This document shows, piece after piece, positions 1 through 8,521 of a stretch of 60,499 nucleotides of DNA. Both the position numbers and the translations under genes were made by a program. The DNA is from a virus (lineage: Duplodnaviria > Caudoviricetes). Under the pieces are notes generated by a model, which ran no database searches, was not told where the DNA came from, and was given only the letters and a program-made list of their open reading frames with translations. The stretch spans positions 1 through 60,499 of the IMG/VR virus record IMGVR_UViG_3300048833_000767. One strand, written 5' to 3'. The stretch's first letter is position 1. Every line of letters begins with the position of its first letter.

Positions 1-1077
1 CTAGCTTCCACTCCCACCCTTAACCCCTTGGGGAATATCGGGGGAATATGCCGAGGGAATATCAGCCACTTTTTTCCTGGCTGTTTCCACCGTAGGCACG
101 CGCTTGATAGACCTGTCATACACCTGCACTTGCCCCTCTGTTTTGTGTCCGCTTATCTGCTGCTTATCCCGACTTGAACCACCCAGATCTGAAATTGCTT
201 TCGCCTTGATGTCGTGGAAGGTGAAGTCGAGCGGCATCTTTGTTATCTCTCTTGCCCGCAGCATTGTATTGCGCCAAGCAGCATCAAACCCATTGCTGGT
301 ATAAGCCTGCCCATCCGGCTTAGACAATACGAACCCTGCAATACTGTGTTTCGCCAGCTTGCCGGCTGCTTCAATGGCCGTCTTGAGCCTGGGTGACCAC
401 ATCTTTATCTGCCTGACTGCTGTTTTCCCTTGCTGAATAAACACTCCATCATCAAGTACATGCTCCCAGCGCATGACAAGAACGTCCCCCTTGCGCGCCA
501 CGCAGAGGTAAGAGAGTTCCATAGCGATCTGGATCATGGGTGAGGCAAGGTTGTAAACAGCTTGGTATTCCGTGTCTGTGATGTAGCGGGTTCGCGCTTT
601 CTCTTTGAACTGTCTTACTCCTTGGCATGGGTTGATTTTTACCCGCCCTCGTTCATATGCCCAGCGATACGCCCGGGATAAAAAAGCCTTCTCTCTATTT
701 GCCTGCACCCGGCTCTTGAGTCCTCGTTTGTCCAGGTATGCCCTGACATGCTTCGGCTCTACAGCGTCGGCCGCCATTTTTCCGAATACCAGTAGCACCG
801 GCTTGCTGTGCTTTCGATAGTCCAGTTTGGTGTTCTTTGCTAGATCGGCAAAATCTGCAGATAGGAAGAACTCGTCGATCATGGCAGCCACTGTGTGCGT
901 GGCCACTCGCTGGTCAATCAGTTTTTCGTATGCGGCCCAGACTTCTGACTGCTTTACTGTGGCTGCGCACACCTTGATTGAACCGCCCCCTACGGGGCGG
1001 AACACTATGCTAGGACCCTTGATGTAACAACGTGGTGGTAACCAGTTGTCTGCTGGGTTGGATCTTGTCCTTGCCAT
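1..1077 (-). CDS. int: tyrosine recombinase phage integrase
   Basis: R(KGD), FTFHDIKAK, SGH..., C-terminal VYDR catalytic motifs; terminal position. Confidence 0.95.
   Translation of the reverse strand: MARTRSNPADNWLPPRCYIKGPSIVFRPVGGGSIKVCAATVKQSEVWAAYEKLIDQRVATHTVAAMIDEFFLSADFADLAKNTKLDYRKHSKPVLLVFGKMAADAVEPKHVRAYLDKRGLKSRVQANREKAFLSRAYRWAYERGRVKINPCQGVRQFKEKARTRYITDTEYQAVYNLASPMIQIAMELSYLCVARKGDVLVMRWEHVLDDGVFIQQGKTAVRQIKMWSPRLKTAIEAAGKLAKHSIAGFVLSKPDGQAYTSNGFDAAWRNTMLRAREITKMPLDFTFHDIKAKAISDLGGSSRDKQQISGHKTEGQVQVYDRSIKRVPTVETARKKVADIPSAYSPDIPQGVKGGSGS
31..62. repeat. three direct repeats GGGAATAT, candidate integrase arm-type sites
   Basis: GGGAATAT at 31-38, 42-49, 55-62 in the 3' end of int. 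Confidence 0.5.
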
Positions 1078-1298
1078 CAGGAAAGCGCCTCAAGGTTAAA
1101 GCCGTTATCGCGATCATTGTTTGCAGGGTGATGGCTTGCGCTACCGGTCAGCCACTCTCGCGTGGTGGATGGGCGGCCATCAGGGCGGCGCAGGAACCGG
1201 ATCCCGGCTTTCTCCAGCGCCTTGCATTGTTTCGATGGTAGCTTGTACCCCGTAAGCTGCTCGATCTCCTGATCGCTTACGACTAGCTGGTTTTTCAT
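1077..1298 (-). CDS. excisionase-like protein (DUF4224 type)
   Basis: 73 aa, LTGYK..Q...L...GI.F..RPDGRP pattern, directly upstream of int. Confidence 0.8.
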   Translation of the reverse strand: MKNQLVVSDQEIEQLTGYKLPSKQCKALEKAGIRFLRRPDGRPSTTREWLTGSASHHPANNDRDNGFNLEALS

Positions 1299-1668
1299 GC
1301 TCGTTGGTCCTCGTCAATCTGGTGATTTCATCCCGGCCCGCTCGGTTGTAGAGGAAGCATTCGACTTGTTTCCTGCTACTCACCGCTTGGTCAAGGCGGT
1401 ATTCCCCGAACGCCGGGCGTTTGAGTTGGTGCTGGTTGGCTAACCTGCCGATGGCCTGGGCGCTGACCCCCAACTCTTTGCCCAGTTCGGTTGCGCTCCA
1501 GAGCTGGCCGGTTACCCTGGGTGCTTCGATAGGCAAATCGAAGTGAGCCAGGATTCGGCCGATCTCGGCGAGCTTGGCCGATCGGGAAAGGGTGGGGGAG
1601 CGTACGGTGCTGACCAGATCATTGAGCAGCTGGCAGTCTTGGTCGATGGTCAGTTGAAGTTGTTGCAT
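1180..1668 (-). CDS. HTH protein resembling Rha/antirepressor C-terminal domain
   Basis: WSATELGKELGVSAQAIGRLAN motif; ATG at 1668 with AGGAGG RBS. Confidence 0.6.
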   Translation of the reverse strand: MQQLQLTIDQDCQLLNDLVSTVRSPTLSRSAKLAEIGRILAHFDLPIEAPRVTGQLWSATELGKELGVSAQAIGRLANQHQLKRPAFGEYRLDQAVSSRKQVECFLYNRAGRDEITRLTRTNEHEKPASRKRSGDRAAYGVQATIETMQGAGESRDPVPAPP

Positions 1669-1868
1669 GGCGTGGCCCTCCTGTCCTTGAGGATGAGGCG
1701 CCAATTGGATTGAAGGAAGGGCCGCTAATCATTCAGTACCAGGCTGGTTAATTTTGAGCTCCCCAAACTCGGGGGGCTCAAAATTTGGCCACTAATTCTG
1801 TTCGAGTGGCATCTTACCCAGCATCGAATAGAGAGCTGGGATCGCGATCCCGGCCGCCTTTTGTTTGG

Positions 1869-2207
1869 TCACGCAGCCTCCTTACCGACACCGTTGTGTG
1901 CATGAGACAAAAGGAACTGCTCTAAGGTCTCCATCTTCTGCCAGTCTTGGCGGCATTCATCAAGCAGCAGCAATGCCTCAGCAGCCACCGAAGACACACC
2001 GCCTTCCGCACCCAAATATGAGGTGAACCCGACCTTCTTGATCGACACATTCTCGAAGAACAAGTCCTTGGCCTCATCGCGATCATTCAAGGCCCCTATG
2101 AGCGCAAACCCCGCCTGATCGCCCGTCAATTTCAACTGGATGTCTACCGTCTTACCGACCGGAAACATCTCTTTCAGCAGTTCGCCTCTATCTTGTTGTT
2201 TTGTCAT
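1869..2207 (-). CDS. hypothetical phage protein
   Basis: ORF in packed early-left operon. Confidence 0.65.
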   Translation of the reverse strand: MTKQQDRGELLKEMFPVGKTVDIQLKLTGDQAGFALIGALNDRDEAKDLFFENVSIKKVGFTSYLGAEGGVSSVAAEALLLLDECRQDWQKMETLEQFLLSHAHNGVGKEAA

Positions 2208-2215
2208 TGCAGATC

Positions 2216-2812
2216 CTATGGGCAGCAGCGCGACGAACCGCCGCAGTAGTGGTTATTCGGGTCGAACTCGGCAGGGTTGCAATAGATGGGGGTGAGCTGT
2301 TCGCAGCAGACGCAGTGGCCTATCCAGCCCTTGCCGGCCTGCCATTGGATGATCCCTTCACCCTTAAGCTGCTCAATCCTGGCCTTATCCAGCGCCTTCT
2401 TTGCTGTCTTGGCATGCTCCTGCATGGCGTAGAGCTTGGCGTGCTTTATCACCCAGATGCTGGTCATCTTGGCTTTCAGCAGCGGCCAGCCACCGTGCGG
2501 ACCATCAGGGTCTGTCTTAACCCCAAAGCGCCAAGGCAGGGCCTCTTGCGCGACGCAGAGCACGCTATGCCAGTCTTGCCCTTCCCCCCAGTAGTCCAGC
2601 CCGCCGCCGATGCTTGGCATGTGGTTCACGCTCACCCGCATCTGCCAGTTCTTACGCTTCTGCTTACTGGTGAGGGGGCTATTGTCGCTATTGTGGTGAC
2701 GCCAGTGCGGCTGGTGCAGCTCCAGCTCGTCATCGATCCATACTTTCCCCAGTAGGTTGCCCAGGATGGCGTGGAGCTTCTTGCTCAGCTTCTTCTCGAT
2801 ACGTGGTTTCAT
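2216..2812 (-). CDS. hypothetical protein with Cys-rich C-terminus
   Basis: 4-bp overlap with upstream gene; C-terminal HCVCC...YCGGSSRCCP. Confidence 0.7.
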   Translation of the reverse strand: MKPRIEKKLSKKLHAILGNLLGKVWIDDELELHQPHWRHHNSDNSPLTSKQKRKNWQMRVSVNHMPSIGGGLDYWGEGQDWHSVLCVAQEALPWRFGVKTDPDGPHGGWPLLKAKMTSIWVIKHAKLYAMQEHAKTAKKALDKARIEQLKGEGIIQWQAGKGWIGHCVCCEQLTPIYCNPAEFDPNNHYCGGSSRCCP

Positions 2813-3447
2813 GCGACCACCCCATACCTTGCAGACGGAACCGTCTCATCAACCGGCTTTCCACACTTGCGGCAGCGGAACACGCTGGAGCCGTGCTCGC
2901 TGTAGTTCTGCGGGTCCAGACCATCAGGCAATCCTTCATCTGGATAGAAAGGTCGCTTCTTGTCGGTGCGTATCGTGCGGCGCGGGCAGTTGAGCTCGAC
3001 GCTGATGGGCTCACCGCAGCTGCACCGGTCGCGTACCACTTGTCCAAAGATGCCTTCAATGGCGATCCCTGTGCGGGCGGCAATGCGCTCCTGAATACCC
3101 TTTTTGGTGATAGACACGGCCATGCGCATCATATGGAGAAGGTGCTGCTCATCCTTCGTCTCAATGCACTGGCGGATGTACTTCATCAGCTCGGGTGGAG
3201 CTTCGCCGGGAAACTCGGGTTCGGCCTGAACGTCGGCGATGCAGGCCTGAGTGGAGTCCTTGACCATGTTCACCAGCTCGGTGACCACCACAGGGTTAGC
3301 GGCGGCGATGAAGGCAGCATCCTTTGCAAAGCAGATGTCGGCGAGCTGGCCTTGATCACCGTAAACACTGGTGTGTCCGTCGGTGCTCCAAGTGGCCGGT
3401 GTGGCCTTGCCAGCCAGTTCCAGCAGCTTATCCAAATCAATATTCAT
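2809..3447 (-). CDS. Ead/Ea22-like protein
   Basis: LLELAGKATP..W and DAAFIAAANP motifs; C-terminal CxxC pairs. Confidence 0.75.
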   Translation of the reverse strand: MNIDLDKLLELAGKATPATWSTDGHTSVYGDQGQLADICFAKDAAFIAAANPVVVTELVNMVKDSTQACIADVQAEPEFPGEAPPELMKYIRQCIETKDEQHLLHMMRMAVSITKKGIQERIAARTGIAIEGIFGQVVRDRCSCGEPISVELNCPRRTIRTDKKRPFYPDEGLPDGLDPQNYSEHGSSVFRCRKCGKPVDETVPSARYGVVA

Positions 3448-3462
3448 GGACATCTCCAAAAG

Positions 3463-3486
3463 AAAGCCCCGGATTGGCCGGGGCTT
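3463..3486 (-). terminator. intrinsic terminator-like hairpin
   Basis: AAGCCCCGG-ATTGG-CCGGGGCTT with A-run on plus strand. Confidence 0.55.
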
Positions 3487-3492
3487 GATGGG

Positions 3493-3840
3493 TTAGCGGC
3501 GGTTGATATCGCCAGACATGGTTGATGCGGAGCCGCCAATGGTGCCGCAGGTGACATCTCCGGACATGGTAGAGACCGAACCTGACACATCCTTACAGTG
3601 CACATCTCCGGACATCGTTTTGACCGTGCCAACCGAGCCGCTTACCGATACTGTGCCAGTTGGGTTATCCACCACTTCGACATCGCCGTTGATGGTGACC
3701 GATACGGGGCCGACCAGCTGGCCGTCCTGCTCCTTGCCATCCACTATCACCTTGCCATTGACGATGGACACGCTGCGCCCGGTGAATACTCTGCCGTCGA
3801 TCGTTACTTGCGTTCGGCTTCCTTTGAGATTGATTTTCAT
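3493..3840 (-). CDS. beta-solenoid repeat protein (DUF4097-like)
   Basis: repeated TMSGDV units. Confidence 0.7.
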   Translation of the reverse strand: MKINLKGSRTQVTIDGRVFTGRSVSIVNGKVIVDGKEQDGQLVGPVSVTINGDVEVVDNPTGTVSVSGSVGTVKTMSGDVHCKDVSGSVSTMSGDVTCGTIGGSASTMSGDINRR

Positions 3841-3842
3841 CG

Positions 3843-4064
3843 TTATTTCACATCCTTCATGCTGATCGAGATCCCGACGTAGGGGCACTGGGCCCGGTAC
3901 ACATCGCGTGGGCGCTCGCGCTCAATGCTCTTGCAGCGAAAGCCGGTGCGGGGATCTGCCGTGGAAACAGAAAGGCCAGCTGGTTGGCTGGCCTTGAGTT
4001 GGGCTATCTGGTGCAGGGCCCGATCAAGGGCGGCCTGCTTGTTGGGGTCAGTCAGCATCTCCAC
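3843..4064 (-). CDS. small hypothetical protein, N-terminus resembles RecA N-terminal helix
   Basis: DPNKQAALDRALHQI; operonic position. Confidence 0.6.
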   Translation of the reverse strand: MEMLTDPNKQAALDRALHQIAQLKASQPAGLSVSTADPRTGFRCKSIERERPRDVYRAQCPYVGISISMKDVK

Positions 4065-4270
4065 CCCCGGTAACCGATGAAGCCGGGATCCATGACTTGC
4101 CGGAACGGCAGGACGGGGAGGTGGGCTATCAGGGTCTTGAGCTGGGGATTATCTGGCTGGCTGTCGATGGTGACTCGGGCGCCGGGGTTGATGCGCAGGT
4201 AGCGCTCCCGCGCATCGGTGGCTTCTTCCCGGGTCAGTCCGGGCTGGATGATGGGCTCGCGGTAGCGCAC
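4052..4270 (-). CDS. small hypothetical phage protein
   Basis: GTG start with GGAGGT RBS. Confidence 0.65.
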   Translation of the reverse strand: MRYREPIIQPGLTREEATDARERYLRINPGARVTIDSQPDNPQLKTLIAHLPVLPFRQVMDPGFIGYRGWRC

Positions 4271-4548
4271 GACTCACCTCCTTGAGGCTCAGTTGTACAT
4301 ACAGCTTTTGGTTCAACCTTTTCAGCTTTCAGCACCATCTGGCTGCCATCATCCAGGTTCCACGCTATTTCGCCGCCCTCTGCCATGACGAGCTGCCACA
4401 CCATCTGGGCCGCCTCGTTCGTGACATCTCGCCCTTGGTCGTTACCAACGCGCAGGCGACCGCCATTTACGTCCCGCATCTTTGCCAGCTGAATGGTCTT
4501 GCTCAATGGAGAGAATCCAAGCTGCATGCGTGCTGCTGATTTGCTCAT
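4234..4548 (-). CDS. hypothetical phage protein
   Basis: overlaps rdgC stop; operonic. Confidence 0.65.
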   Translation of the reverse strand: MSKSAARMQLGFSPLSKTIQLAKMRDVNGGRLRVGNDQGRDVTNEAAQMVWQLVMAEGGEIAWNLDDGSQMVLKAEKVEPKAVCTTEPQGGESCATASPSSSPD

Positions 4549-5456
4549 AGCTGTGCCTCCTCGCCACCCAAGGCGGCAAACAGGGCTGGGATGAACTGGG
4601 CCAGCTCGGCGGTCACCAGGGCGAAGTCGGCATCGAGACGGGCAGCAGGGTCCTCACTGGTGATGTCGTCGTTCTGCTCACGCATCTCCTCACTGAACTT
4701 GAGGCGCTTGATGGAGAGGTCATCGCCGAGTACGAAGCTGATACTTTCACCCCAACAGAGAGCCAGCTTGGTGACCAGCTTGTCGTTGGCGAGGTGGTTT
4801 TTCACCTCGTCGGTCATCAGATCCTGCTGCTTGAAGCGTGCGATCCCGCCGTGCTCCATGGCGCTGCGCAGCTCGGATTCATCTTCCAGCGTGAAGGCGG
4901 CCGGCAGGTTGCCCTCTTGCAGCCACTCGGTCATGGTGATCTCGGGCGGGTTCTTGAGCGCCACCGGCACCACCGGCAGGCTGCCGATGGACTTGCGAAG
5001 CAGGGCCAGCACGTCGTCAGCCTTCTTAGCCGATGAGGCATCGACCATCAGCAGGCCGTCGGCAGCGTTGATCCAGGCGAAGGTGTTGGCGGTGCGGCTG
5101 AATGCGCGAGGAAGCAGGGTGTGCAGCAGCTCCTCTTTGAGTGCCTCCTTTTCTTTCTTCTTGAGGGCGCGGCCCTGCTCGCACTCGATCGCTTCAATCT
5201 TCTCTGCCAGCTCCTCCTTGATGACGGCTGGCGGAATGATCTTCTCCTCCTTGCGGGCGCAGATGAGGATCTGGCCGTCGGCGGAATGGGTCAGGGTTGA
5301 GCCGAGCTTGCCGAGCGGCCGGGTCCAGCCGAAGCGAGACATGTCCTGGCTGCCGCAGGGGGTGAAGGCGAGGGTTTCCAGCTGGCTTTCCAACTGTTCG
5401 GCGGTCAACTCGAACGGGCGGGTGAAACGGTAAACTTGAAGGTTTTTAAACCACAT
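4545..5456 (-). CDS. rdgC: recombination-associated protein RdgC
   Basis: MWFKNLQVYRF start, LLPRAFS, LRKSIGSLPVVP, RLDADFAL; 303 aa. Confidence 0.95.
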   Translation of the reverse strand: MWFKNLQVYRFTRPFELTAEQLESQLETLAFTPCGSQDMSRFGWTRPLGKLGSTLTHSADGQILICARKEEKIIPPAVIKEELAEKIEAIECEQGRALKKKEKEALKEELLHTLLPRAFSRTANTFAWINAADGLLMVDASSAKKADDVLALLRKSIGSLPVVPVALKNPPEITMTEWLQEGNLPAAFTLEDESELRSAMEHGGIARFKQQDLMTDEVKNHLANDKLVTKLALCWGESISFVLGDDLSIKRLKFSEEMREQNDDITSEDPAARLDADFALVTAELAQFIPALFAALGGEEAQL

Positions 5457-5475
5457 GGTCGGGTCCTTTGGTGGG

Positions 5476-5655
5476 TTAGATGCGGGCTTTCTTTGCCTGC
5501 AGGTCGTGAAGTTTTCGGGCTGCCTCTTCGGCTGTTTGCCGATCGCAGGTAATACCGCCGGGCAGGACGAACTTGTCGGGCTGCTTGGGATGGGGCATGA
5601 CTACGCCCAACCCGATGACTACTGCGCCGCAGTAGGGGTTTTCCGTGGCTTTCAT
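5476..5655 (-). CDS. small phage protein (DUF1317-like)
   Basis: FVLPGG motif, 59 aa. Confidence 0.55.
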   Translation of the reverse strand: MKATENPYCGAVVIGLGVVMPHPKQPDKFVLPGGITCDRQTAEEAARKLHDLQAKKARI

Positions 5656-5713
5656 GGGGTTCCTCGACTTATCAACAGAATCTGTGATTGAGGCGGTGAG
5701 TATCTGGTGGGTA

Positions 5714-6316
5714 TCAGGCTGCCTGTCTGGCGCCACACCCACGGATAAAGGGGATGCGAGGGGATGCGCCCACCTTCATCGTGGGGAATGCAATCAGAGC
5801 GCAACCGAAGTTCGCCCCGCTCTTTCTGGTCTTGCCGTCGCGCTCGTAGAACTGATAGCGGCCGTCCGGTTCGTAGATGATCACGCCCTCGGCCAGCAAG
5901 CGGCGCCACCATGTAGTTAGTGGCTCATATGGCAGCAGCATCATCCCGGGCCTGCCATTGGCTTGCTGCTGGCGGGCCTGCGTGATGAACTCGGGTTTCA
6001 GGTCGAACGGCGGGTTGCACCACCAGTGTTCGGGCCAGTCAAGGTTGAGACTGTCGATACCCATACAGACCGTGCCAGCCAGCTCTGCCTCGCGCATCTG
6101 GGCGCGAACATCATCACTGGTGCGGTAGTCCAGCAACTTATCCAGCAGCAGGTGGCTGGTGAAGTAACGGCTGCACTTGGCAGTGAGCGGCTCGGCGGCG
6201 ACATCGCACTCGAAGTTTCGACCGTAGAGCACCTGCGCATCGGCAAAGCACTCCCAGGTGGTGGCCCAGAAGTTCTTGTCGCTGGCAGGAGTACCGCTAT
6301 CAATCAGGATGGCCAT
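5714..6316 (-). CDS. phage DNA N6-adenine methyltransferase (Dam-like)
   Basis: WATT, DVAA...AKC, WWCNPPF motif IV. Confidence 0.85.
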   Translation of the reverse strand: MAILIDSGTPASDKNFWATTWECFADAQVLYGRNFECDVAAEPLTAKCSRYFTSHLLLDKLLDYRTSDDVRAQMREAELAGTVCMGIDSLNLDWPEHWWCNPPFDLKPEFITQARQQQANGRPGMMLLPYEPLTTWWRRLLAEGVIIYEPDGRYQFYERDGKTRKSGANFGCALIAFPTMKVGASPRIPFIRGCGARQAA

Positions 6317-6456
6317 CAGCGCACCTCCTTGGGGTCGATGCCGAGTTGGTTGGCCAGCTGGCGGCGCTCTATTTCGTCGCGTTTTTGCTGGCGTTGCTGG
6401 AGTAGCGGTTTCGTCTTGCGGTCTTGCACCATGCCGCGGTGGCGGTAGAGGCTCAT
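6316..6456 (-). CDS. 46-aa basic peptide (not in ORF track)
   Basis: MSLYRHRGMVQDRKTKPLLQQRQQKRDEIERRQLANQLGIDPKEVR; fills the gap, coupled at both ends, GGAGG RBS. Confidence 0.65.
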   Translation of the reverse strand: MSLYRHRGMVQDRKTKPLLQQRQQKRDEIERRQLANQLGIDPKEVR

Positions 6457-7673
6457 GCCGCCTCCTTTTGCTGTTCAGGCTGCTGGCTGGCGGCGAACTG
6501 CTCCTCCCACAGTTTCACCTTGAGCTCGCAGGCGTAGACGATCTGGCCGATCAGCTTCTCGCCGATCCCCCTGACCTTGTCCAACTTGTTTCCCTGGTGG
6601 CTCATCACCTTGTAGAGGGTGTCGATCCCGGCATCGATCAGCAGCTTGATGGTGCGCGGCGGCAGGCCGCATTCGTGAATGCTGACCGTCTTGGCCCATT
6701 CGGTGCGGGGCTGCAGGTGGGGGTGACTCTGCTCCAGGGCCTCCTGCATGAAGGCGAAGATGTCCCGTGTCATTTCGTCAGGGACCCCGGCACCATAGGG
6801 CGTCGGGTAGATGGGATTCATCCACTGGCTCAGCATGACTGAGCAGCCGGAGCCATCGGACTTCATTGCGTGCAGCTTCCAGTTGAGGTCGTTGATGAGG
6901 TAGGGGAGGTTGGATTTCAGACCGTGATCCACCAGGTAGACGTTCCAGAGCGTGCCATCCTCGCCCTTGTAAGTGTTGGCGAGGTGTTTGTGCCAGACCA
7001 GCTTGGCGGCGCGGGCGCTCTCCAGCTCCATGATGACGGTGTGACGGCGTTCCAGCTCGCGATCCTGCTCGTTGATAGCGCCCAGCAGTTCCTTGATGCG
7101 GAGCTCGAGTTTCAGGACCTCGTTGCGGTATGCCGCCTCGTTGCTCTTGTGCTTGGCGATCGCGGTGCGCTGCTGCTCCAGCAAGTCGTTTTTCTCTTTG
7201 ATGCGGCGCTTCATGCCAGCCGGGTCCATGGCGTTAAGGTCGGCCAGCTGGCGCTCGAGCTGGCGGCTGGTGTATTGCAGGGCGCCGTATTTGGTCTGAA
7301 CGTCGTTCAGGGCGCGTTGCAGCTTGTAGAGCTCAGCATCTTTTGCTTCCAGCTCGGTGGTGCCTTCTTTCTGTGCGTCAGCGATGCGCAGCTCTGCTTC
7401 GGCAACCTGGTGGCGCAGGTCGCCGACCAGGGCGGCCTGGGTATTCAGCTCGCTATCCCGGGCTTCCAGTTGGTCGATCAGCCCGTTGAACTCGTCTATG
7501 TGGGCGTTGGTGGCTTCGCTGATCATGGTCAGGTTGGCGGTGAGCAGTGATTCAAAGCTGCCGATGGCGGCCTTGGCCGGGCCGTCCGGCATCAGGAGGA
7601 TGTTGCGGATCTGGCTGGTGAGTGTATTCAGGGCGAGGCTGGTTGCCTCGCTGGGGTTCAGCTCGGTGGTCAT
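6453..7673 (-). CDS. coiled-coil protein with C-terminal RNAP alpha-CTD-like/HhH domain
   Basis: long heptad region; SIHECGLPPRTIKLL.DAGI.TL...LDKVRGIGEK. Confidence 0.75.
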   Translation of the reverse strand: MTTELNPSEATSLALNTLTSQIRNILLMPDGPAKAAIGSFESLLTANLTMISEATNAHIDEFNGLIDQLEARDSELNTQAALVGDLRHQVAEAELRIADAQKEGTTELEAKDAELYKLQRALNDVQTKYGALQYTSRQLERQLADLNAMDPAGMKRRIKEKNDLLEQQRTAIAKHKSNEAAYRNEVLKLELRIKELLGAINEQDRELERRHTVIMELESARAAKLVWHKHLANTYKGEDGTLWNVYLVDHGLKSNLPYLINDLNWKLHAMKSDGSGCSVMLSQWMNPIYPTPYGAGVPDEMTRDIFAFMQEALEQSHPHLQPRTEWAKTVSIHECGLPPRTIKLLIDAGIDTLYKVMSHQGNKLDKVRGIGEKLIGQIVYACELKVKLWEEQFAASQQPEQQKEAA

Positions 7674-7726
7674 GTTCTGGGTCCTGTTGTAAAGCGAAAG
7701 CCCAGCAAGTGCCGGGCTTTGGTCAG

Positions 7727-8467
7727 TTAGTCGTCGCAGCTTTCAATAACGAGGTCGTAGTTGTGCGGGTATTCCCCCTGATCCAGGTTTACCTTAGCCT
7801 TCATAGCGTAGGCGGCCATCAGCTTGCGCTCAGCACCGTAGAATGGGCCAACGCACTTCTTGGCTTTAACGTCATCCTCGTCGATTTTCATGGAGTAAAT
7901 GCAACCCTCTTTATCGAGGTCGAGCTGATACTCGCAGCGGAATTTGTTCATATCCGCTTCTTTGCCGATGTAGATGTGACGATAGCCATAGGATGAGTCT
8001 TCGATGATGAGCGTCATCTCCTCGCCCATGTGCTCACCTTCGCCATAACCGGTGATTGATTTGCGAACTGCGTCGATCACCCATGACAAGGTGATTTCCT
8101 CCGGCAACTCGCTCATTATCTCGCTGATTTCCTTGTCCAGCACCTCAGCCAACCGCTGGTCATAGAACTCAGATGCTGCCATGCGCAGGCGCTTGGTCAC
8201 GAAGTCGTGATAGCTGGGGAAGTCGGCAATGCTGTCGATGCTCGGCATGATGGCCTTGGTAAGCGCCTCTTTTACTGCTTTGCCAACGTCGCCATAGCTT
8301 CGCAGGACATCCTGGGCGCAGTCGTCGATGAGCTTGTCGGCGTATTTGCTGAGCGCCTGCTCCAATGCTCCGCTCTGGATCTTCTGCTGGAGCACAGCCC
8401 CGAACATTGCTTGAACGGTGGCATTGCTGGGGTCGATCGTCGGGATAAAGTCGGTGGTTTCGGTCAT
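7727..8467 (-). CDS. hypothetical phage protein
   Basis: 246-aa ORF with RBS, flanked by hairpins at 7697-7720 and 8487-8511. Confidence 0.75.
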   Translation of the reverse strand: MTETTDFIPTIDPSNATVQAMFGAVLQQKIQSGALEQALSKYADKLIDDCAQDVLRSYGDVGKAVKEALTKAIMPSIDSIADFPSYHDFVTKRLRMAASEFYDQRLAEVLDKEISEIMSELPEEITLSWVIDAVRKSITGYGEGEHMGEEMTLIIEDSSYGYRHIYIGKEADMNKFRCEYQLDLDKEGCIYSMKIDEDDVKAKKCVGPFYGAERKLMAAYAMKAKVNLDQGEYPHNYDLVIESCDD

Positions 8468-8521
8468 GGTTGGTCCTCTGGAATTGAAAAGCCCCGTTGG
8501 TTGCGGGGCTTGGCGCTACTT

